64,000 bases of DNA from Eledone cirrhosa (taxonomy: Eukaryota). Under the pieces are notes generated by a model that was given only the letters and a program-made list of their open reading frames with translations, made no database searches and had not been told where the DNA came from. Numbering within the stretch: position 1 is the stretch's first letter; each line of letters opens with the position of its first letter. Position numbers and translations under genes: made by a program. The stretch is from contig OZ024741.1 of the NCBI GenBank assembly GCA_964016885.1, positions 26,660,001-26,724,000 on the forward strand, given 5' to 3'. Below are positions 55,258-64,000 of the stretch, one piece after another.

Positions 55258-55821
55258 ATCATCATCATCATCGTTTAACGTCCATCTTCCACGCTTGCAT
55301 AGGATTGGACGGGAGTTTTCCTACTTGAGGCAAGATTAGTTGTCCTGCTCGTATAGGACTGTCTGGATGCCCTTCCTAACACCAACCACGTTTACAGTGT
55401 GGACTGGGAGGTTTTTACCATGTTACCTACACGGCCACATTACAGCGTGGACTGTGTTTTTTTTGTCGTGACACCTCCACGTCTGGTGGGTTTTCTACGG
55501 CTGGGTGCCCTTCCCAACACCAACCACGTTTACAGTGTGGACTGGGAGGTTTTTACCGTGTTACCTACATGGCCACATTACAGCGTGGACCGTGTGTTTT
55601 TTTGTCGTGACACCTACACGACCTCATTTGTTTCGGACTGGATGTTGTGGTACCAACATAACTTCACATTTAAGGGGGTGGTGTGGATGGGGTGGGGGTA
55701 GTGGGACGGGGGTGTATTTTGTTAGAGGTGCCTACTGACTGTAGGTTTCGCTCTGTACTTAGGCAAGGCGGGTCTTCTGTATAACTGTGTAGCGCCAAAG
55801 ATCTCGGTCCAATGAGATTGT

Positions 55822-55825
<4 letters not shown>
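55258..55825 (-). mobile_element. RTE family A-like 3' end with an internal duplication
   Basis: (cat)n tail, duplicated ccaaccacgtttacagtgtggactggg block, and the final codons SLDRDLWRY. Confidence 0.85.
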
Positions 55826-55860
<35 letters not shown>

Positions 55861-55863
<3 letters not shown>

Positions 55864-56137
55864 GGCCGAAACAAATGAGATCGTGTAGGTGTCACGACAA
55901 AAAAACACACAGTCCACGCTGTAATGTGGCCGTGTAGGCAACACGGTAAAAACCTCCCAGACCCACACTGTAAATGTGGTTGGTGTTAGGAAGGGCATCC
56001 AACTGTAGAAAACCTGCCAGACAGTCCTATGCGAGCAAGACAATCACTCTTGCCTCAAGTGGGACTACCCCCGTCCAAACCCATGCAAGCGTGGAACACG
56101 GACGTTAAACGTTGATGATGATGATGATGATGATGAT
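55861..56137 (+). mobile_element. RTE family A 3' UTR fragment
   Basis: Matches about 40820-41097. Confidence 0.9.
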
Positions 56138-56363
56138 ACAATTAAGTCAAAGATGTACATCCATATATGTATACTGAAATACTAGTATGTATATGAATAC
56201 ACACACGTATACATATGTAGATGTACCAAGTTTTTTTTCACTGATCACTTTACTGTGAGTGGCCAGCTATTCTGTATGTAAACACACAGACAAACCGGTT
56301 TTTAGAGTCATACTGGTTTTTGAGGAAACACCTTTCCTCTATTCTCCAGAAAGCCAGACAAGG

Positions 56364-56408
56364 AATATTGAACTAGTTTCGTTGTTGTTACAACTCATCA
56401 GCAATATT
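56364..56408 (-). ncRNA. Minimal type I hammerhead ribozyme
   Basis: aatattg-CTGATGA-gttg(taacaa)caac-GAAA-ctag-TT-caatatt. Confidence 0.9.
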
Positions 56409-56832
56409 TACCTATCTTCCGGCCTCTCTAGAGAATCGTAAAAGCACATATCGCTATATGCTTTTTCTATGAAAATTAGTAGTGGGCAGACCAACTTGCA
56501 TAGAGTGTGAGTAAGTACCGGTTCAACGGAGACGATAAAAACAAATAACGAAACGAAATTAAATTTCGTTTCGTTTGTAACTCACTTTTGTATGACTGAC
56601 GCTCAAACAATTAAGTCAAAGATGTACATCCATATATGTATACTGAAATACTAGTATGTATATGAATACACACACGTATACATATGTAGATGTACCAAGT
56701 TTTTTTTCACTGATCACTTTACTGTGAGTGGCCAGCTATTCTGTATGTAAACACACAGACAAACCGGTTTTTAGAGTCATACTGGTTTTTGAGGAAACAC
56801 CTTTCCTCTATTCTCCAGAAAGCCAGACAAGG

Positions 56833-56877
56833 AATATTGAACTAGTTTCGTTGTTGTTACAACTCATCAGCAATATT
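56833..56877 (-). ncRNA. Minimal type I hammerhead ribozyme (second unit)
   Basis: Identical to 56364-56408. Confidence 0.9.
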
Positions 56878-57203
56878 TACCTATCTTCCGGCCTCTCTAG
56901 AGAATCGTAAAAGCACATATCGCTATATGCTTTTTCTATGAAAATTAGTAGTGGGCAGACCAACTTGCATAGAGTGTGAGTAAGTACCGGTTCAACGGAG
57001 ACGATAAAAACAAATAACGAAACGAAATTAAATTTCGTTTCGTTTGTAACTCACTTTTGTATGACTGACGCTCAAACAATTAAGTCAAAGATGTACATCC
57101 ATATATGTATACTGAAATACTAGTATGTATATGAATACACACACGTCAGTCATACAAAAGTGAGTTACAAACGAAACGAAATTTAATTTCGTTTCGTTAT
57201 TTG

Positions 57204-57663
<460 letters not shown>

Positions 57664-57779
57664 TACATATATATGCACACACACACTTGTTTATTTGTGT
57701 GTCTATCTATCTGGCTACCTAGCTAGCTATCCATGTACCTATTTACCCATCTTTCCCTCTCTCTCCTCTCCCTCTCTCT

Positions 57780-57814
<35 letters not shown>

Positions 57815-58175
57815 AGGTGATTCAGGGAATAACTGAGGAAACGGCATGAGCTCAGCCGTCAGGGTCTTACTTGTTCCTATATATAGATATATAGTCTTCC
57901 CCATATACATATATGTGTGTGTGTGTGTGTTTATTTGTGTACCTATCTATTTACAGAACTGTCTTCCTGTTTCACTCTCTGTCTTTAGCTGTCACTCTAT
58001 TTATTCATCTTGAGCTAACATTGTTTGGCTCAAGTCATAATAACATTTGGATCTGTTAGAAATATGTATTTTGTGTTATGTACTAACATGCAGTTATGTG
58101 TGTGAGTCATAAATCGGATTCACTCAAGCTTCTATTATCTAAGAAGGATTCAGCACTCTGCAGTTGTGTTAAAGA

Positions 58176-60150
58176 TATTACAACCTCTCCAGTGTTGGTG
58201 CCTTCATATTACAACCTCTACAGTGTTGGTGCCTTCATATTACAACCTCCCTAGTGTTGGTGCCTTCATATTATAACCTCCCTTGTGTTGGTGCCTTCAT
58301 ATTACAACCTCCCTAGTGTTGGTGCCTTCATATTACAACACCCCTAGTGTTGGTGCCTTCATATTATAACCTCCCTTGTGTTGGTGCCTTCATATTATAA
58401 CCTCCCTTGTGTTGGTGCCTTCATATTACAACCTCCCTTGTGTTGGTGCCTTCATATTACAACACCCCTAGTGTTGGTGCCTTCATATTACAACCTCTCC
58501 AGTGTTGGTGCCTTTATATTACAACCTCTCCAGTGTTGGTGCCTTGATATTACAACCTCCCTAGTGTTGGTGCCTTCATATTATAACCTCCCTAGTGTTG
58601 TTGCCTTCATATTACAACACCCCTTGTGTTGGTGCCTTCATATTACAACCTCCCTAGTGTTGATGCCTTCATATTACAACACCCCAAGTGTTGGTGCCTT
58701 CATATTACAACCTCCCTAGTGTTGGTGCCTTCATATTACAACACCCCTAGTGTTGGTGCCTTCATATTACAACACTCCTAGTGTTGGTGCCTTCATATTA
58801 CAACCTCCCTAGTGTTGGTGCCTTCATATTACAACCTCCCCAGTGTTGGTGCCTTCATATTACAACCTCTCCAGTGTTGGTGCCTTCATATTACAACCTC
58901 TCCAGTGTTGGTGCCTTCATATTACAACCTCTCCAGTGTTGGTGCCTTCATATTATAACCTCCCTAGTGTTGGTGCCTTCATATTATAACCTCCCTAGTG
59001 TTGGTGCCTTCATATTACAACCTCCCTAGTGTTGGTGCCTTCATATTACAACCTCCCTAGTGTTGGTGCCTTCATATTACAACCTCTCCAGTGTTGGTGC
59101 CTTCATATTACAACCTCCCTAGTGTTGGTGCCTTCATATTACAACCTCCCCAGTGTTGGTGCCTTCATATTACAACCTCCCTAGTGTTGGTGCCTTCATA
59201 TTACAACACCCCTAGTGTTGGTGCCTTCATATTACAACCTCCCTAGTGTTGGTGCCTTCATATTACAACCTCCCCAGTGTTGGTGCCTTCATATTACAAC
59301 CTCTCCAGTGTTGGGGCCTTCATATTACAACCTCCCCAGTGTTGGTGCCTTCATATTACAACCTCTCCAGTGTTGGTGCCTTCATATTACAACCTCCCTA
59401 GTGTTGGCTCCTTCATATTACAACCTCCCTAGTGTTGGTGCCTTCATATTACAACCTCCCTAGTGTTGGTCCCTTCATATTACAACCTCCCCAGTGTTGG
59501 TGCCTTCATATTACAACCTCCCTAGTGTTGGTGCCTTCATATTACAACCTCCCTAGTGTTGGTGCCTTCATATTACAACCTCCCTAGTATTGGTGCCTTC
59601 ATATTACAACCTCCCTAGTGTTGGTGCCTTCATATTACAACACCCCTAGTGTTGGGGGCCTTCATATTACAACCTCCCTAGTATTGGTGCCTTCATATTA
59701 CAACACCCCTAGTGTTGGGGGCCTTCATATTACAACCTCCCCAGTGTTGGTGCCTTCATATTACAACACCCCTAGTGTTGGGGGCCTTCATATTACAACC
59801 TCCCTAGTGTTGGGGCCTTCATATTACAACCTCTCCAGTGTTGGTGCCTTCATATGACAACCTCCCTAGTGTTGGTGCCTTCATATTACAACCTCTCCAG
59901 TGTTGGTGCCTTCATATTACAACACCCCTAGTATTGGTGCCTTCATATTACAACACCCCTAGTATTGGTGCCTTCATATTACAACACCCCTAGTGTTGGG
60001 GGCCTTCATATCACAACCTCCCTAGTGCTGGTGCCTTCATATTACAACCTCCCTAGTATTGGTGCCTTCATATTACAACACCCCTAGTGTTGGGGGCCTT
60101 CATATTACAACCTCCCTAGTGTTGGGGCTTTCATATTACAACGTTCCTTG
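58176..60150 (+). repeat. 31-bp minisatellite, about 64 copies
   Basis: Unit atattacaacctccctagtgttggtgccttc; variation concentrated in the ctccct segment. Confidence 0.97.
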
Positions 60151-60932
60151 TGTTAGTTCCACAATAGAACACAGCCATAATGCCAGGTAGAATGCCGGAA
60201 TGCATGTAATTGAGATATTGGGCCCTTGGCCCCTCGGAATGCATGTAATTGAGATATTGGGCCCTTGGCCCCAGTAGTTCTTCTGACATGTCTGATAAGT
60301 CAGTAACTCTGCTTCAATACTGACTTGGTTTGTGACAATTCATCTAACATTTACAAACAGGAAAAACGGACACTAAATAATGATGATGATGACCTTTGCA
60401 AAACATCAGCTGTTGCTTCATGTACCCTGTGGAGAGAATGGTGAATGTGTTATCCTGGAGGATAACGAGACAGATTCACTGAAAGAGCCAGACAAAGTCA
60501 TGGGTTTTGTGCTTTCAGATGGCCATCTGCAACCTGATCACTGCAAGTAGGTGTGTGGTGGGAAGTCAACATGAGGCCAGCCCAACTTTCAGTGCTCATT
60601 CTAATTGCAATCAGTAGGGTAGGGCTCAGAGACCCAAAATCAAACCTATTTCCATTGCTATGGGAGAGCGGCTGGTATTGGGGTCTGATTTGGATTCTAT
60701 GGTGGGCTGTATGGAATTCAGTTTAAATCTAGATTACTACTACTACTACTACTACTACTATTACTACTACTACTACTACTATTTGGTATGGTAACAACAC
60801 TAATCCAAACTCAGGGAAACATGATTTTAGGTGGAGTACTCTTGCATATATATATATATATATATAAATACTATATAACCCATGTTAGCGTGGAAGATAG
60901 ACGTTAAACGATGATGATGATGATGATGATGA

Positions 60933-60988
<56 letters not shown>

Positions 60989-61059
60989 TCTTTTACCTGT
61001 TCCAGCCATCTGGCTGAGGTCACTCTAGGGCACTTCACTTGGTATATATATTCGCCACC

Positions 61060-64000
61060 ATTATTATTTGGACCAATCATAAGTCAGCGGCCTATGCTAT
61101 CACTTCTCCTGGTGCTTTTCGATATGATGGATGGACTAAGGAATTCTGGAGAGTCTGAAAAATCTGGACACTCAGTGACAATGCCAAAGATAACGACAAA
61201 TTCACCTCATGCTGCCGTATGAAAAGGCAAGGACTCCTCCTCTTTGTTTCGGCTGAGGATGGCCAACATAACCCCAACCCCATCCCCTCACCCCTCCCCG
61301 CGCCCCACCGTTCCCACCCACCAAACGCAATCCAAAACTTCAGAGTTGGTACCATGAATGTAGGCACCTTGAAAGGTCACTCTAACGAGGTTGTAGAAAT
61401 ACTTGAACGTAAGGAGGTTGATGTTTGCTGTATCCAAGCGACCAGGTGGAGGGGCGGGTCTGCTAGATTCATTGTGGGTAAAAAATGATGCTATAAGCTT
61501 TTCTGGGTGGGAAATGACAATGGGCTGGGTTGGGTAGGAATCATGTTAGCAGAAAATGGGTGGATAAGATAATAGACGTAAATAGAGTGAACGACAGAAT
61601 AATTAAAATAAGACTTGTTCTAAATAGAACTACTGTGACAGTAATATCTGCGTACGCACCCCAATCAGAACTGCCTGGCGCTATAAAAGACAGATTCTAT
61701 AAGACACTGATGCTCACTACCTTCCAAATAACCGACAGTGACTATATAATTATTGCTGGCGACCTAAATGGTCACATTGGACAACATTGTGACGGCTATG
61801 ACGGAATCCATGGAGGCTATGGGTTTGGTACTAGAAATGAGGAAGGCTCCAGAATCCTGGAATTCTGTGACGCAAATAACCTAACTATCTGTAACACTAA
61901 CTTCAAAAAACGAGACAATCACTTGATCACCTACAGATCAGGGGAACACACCAGCCAGGTAGATTATATCCTTACCAGAAGACGTGACAGAGTGTCTGCT
62001 GTAAACACTAAATCCCTCCCCCATGAAGAATGCACCTCTCAACATACTCATAATTAGCGACCTCATAGTCAGGACGAGATGTACTCGACAACAGAAGAGG
62101 ACTATCCCCAGGAGAAAAATATGGAAGTTAAAAGACCCCACAGCCAGTAATAAATTTAAAAGCATATTACTTGATGCTTTCGACAGTAAAGAAGAGCAAT
62201 TAGAGTCGGACAATATAGAACAACAGTTGGAATTCCTGAAAGCAAACCTGCTGATGGCGGCAGATGAAGTCTGTGGCTGGAGCAGGCCTATAGGCAGGAG
62301 GAGAGTAACGTGGTGGGGGAACAGTAAGGTGGAGGAGTCAATTAAGGCCAAAAAGCAGGCTTGGAAAGTATGGCGGGATGGGGGAAGTGGAGAAGACTAT
62401 CAAGTGGCCAGGAGGGAAGCTAGGAGACAAGTGTACTTCGCAAGAAGGGAAGCAGAGGAAAGAAAGTTCAAGCATGTTCTACAACGCAAGGACCAAAAAC
62501 GTGAGGTATTCAGGATTGCTAGGCAATGTGTCAAGGAATACCGTGATATTGTCGGGGAGAAGTGTGTCCTTAATGATGATGGTGTACTTGCCATCACTGA
62601 CGCTGATAAGAAGGTAGCTTGGAAGTGTCACTACGAAAGGCTACTAAATGAGGAGAATAAATGGGAGAAAGACAGTCTCCCCCACATCGATCCAATAGAG
62701 GGACCAGCAGTGTTAGTTGAAGGTAGTATAATAAGTAAGGCAATCAAAGATATGAAGACGGGTAAGGCGGCTGGGCCTTCGGAATTAGTTGCTGAAATGC
62801 TGAAAGCTTCTGGAATGGTGGGACACACTATGGTCACCCGGATAGTAAACCAAGTCATACAGAATGGGGTTGTTCCGAAGGACTGGCGTAGCAGCATCAT
62901 CGTTAACTGCTACAAGGGTAAAGAGACGCCCTAGATAGGGGTAACTATAGAGGCATTAAATTAATCGACCAGATCATGAAGGTCACAGAAAAAGTAATAG
63001 CGCAACTAATCAAAGAGCGAATTGATCTAGATGAAATGCAGTTCAGGTTTGTGTCAGGTAAAAGTACCACAGACGCTCTTTTCATTGTACGACAACTACA
63101 GGAGGAGTCTAGCTAAAAGTAAACCCCTATACTTAGCTTTTGTCGACCTGGAGAAAGCCTTTGACAGAGTCCCCCGTGCCATTATCTGGTGGGCTCTTAG
63201 AAAACTAGGTGTTGATGAATGGCTTGTGAGAGCTATACAAGCCATGTATAAAGAAACACTCAGCAAGTTTAGAATTAACAACGAATATAGTGAAGAGTTT
63301 AGCGTAAAAGTTGGTGTTCATCAGGGCTCCGTTCTTAGCCCCCTACTATTTATTATTGCCCTTCAGGCTATAACAGAGGAGTTCAAGACCGGCTGCCCAT
63401 GGGAACTCCCATACGCAGATGATCTAACACTCATAGCTGAATCAATGGCTGAACTAGAGAAGAAATTCCAAACATGGAAGCATGGCCTAGAATCAAAAGG
63501 CCTTAAAATTAACCTGTCTAAGACTAAAGTTCTAGTTTGTAGGAAGGAAAATAGGGCACCGGTCCCATCCGGTGTGTAGGAAAGGAGTAGGCAGAAACTC
63601 CATTTTATGTCCCAAATGCAATGTATGGGTGCATAAAAGATGTAGTGGGATCACAGGTAAGCTAACTAAGAACATAGATTTTACATGTGGCCGGTGCTCT
63701 TGTGCAATAAGTAGCAGCAAATGCCCACAGAATACTAGCTCATTCCATTGCACAGATGGTTCTATAGAAATAGTGGACACCTTCCGTTACTTGGGTGACA
63801 AAATCAGCAGTGGTGGAGGGTGCTCTGAAAGTACAGTAGCTAGAGTCAGAACTGGATGGAAAAAGTTCAGAGAGCTTATACCACTATTAGCCGCTAAAGG
63901 GTTCTCTCTAAAAATGAAAGGCAGGCTATATGATGCTTGCATATGAACAGCAATGTTACATGGCAGTGAGACCTGGCATTGTGTGCAGAGGATATACACA
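61060..64000 (+). mobile_element. RTE LINE family A, 5' end present, disrupted, probably continuing to or past the window end
   Basis: 5' UTR shared with 42483; fragmented ORFs 61219-61488, 61530-62057, 62023-62934, 63031-63579 and 63572-63946. Confidence 0.94.

Noticed and set aside
56259-56441. 60-aa ORF repeated in the 469-bp unit
   Set aside because: It is short, starts at GTG, lies antisense to the ribozyme strand and has no recognisable motif.
58176-60150. CRISPR-like array
   Set aside because: The variable part is only about 6 nt and recurrent, there are no unique spacers or cas genes, and the context is eukaryotic.
60190-60720. Possible host exon in non-repetitive sequence
   Set aside because: There is no convincing ORF with splice sites, and it contains a 39-bp duplication and an RTE-tail remnant. 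A small exon cannot be excluded without RNA data.

Overview
Eukaryotic, AT-rich, almost entirely repeat-derived DNA; the SINE and tail motifs resemble those of octopod cephalopods (inference). I see no host gene, rRNA, true tRNA or CRISPR array. Contents: (1) many RTE-clade LINE copies from about four families. Two families carry an intact C4-H-C3 PHD-type zinc finger inside the reverse transcriptase (RT) domain. (2) Penelope-like elements (PLEs; RT plus C-terminal GIY-YIG, Naiad-like) whose pseudo-LTRs (pLTRs) contain minimal type I hammerhead ribozymes (HHRs). (3) A non-coding 469-bp tandem unit with its own complete minimal hammerhead and a Penelope-style 5' inversion, a candidate retrozyme or circular-RNA retroelement. 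(4) One full-length but dead IR/DR Tc1 transposon, a MITE, a probable non-autonomous Helitron and a CR1-like LINE fragment. (5) Two tRNA-derived SINE families that share modules with the RTE 3' ends. (6) A 48-bp and a 31-bp minisatellite, plus long (TA)n/(CA)n/(CT)n tracts in which most elements are nested. Most ORFs in the supplied track are microsatellite artefacts. All coordinates were read by eye and element edges are approximate.
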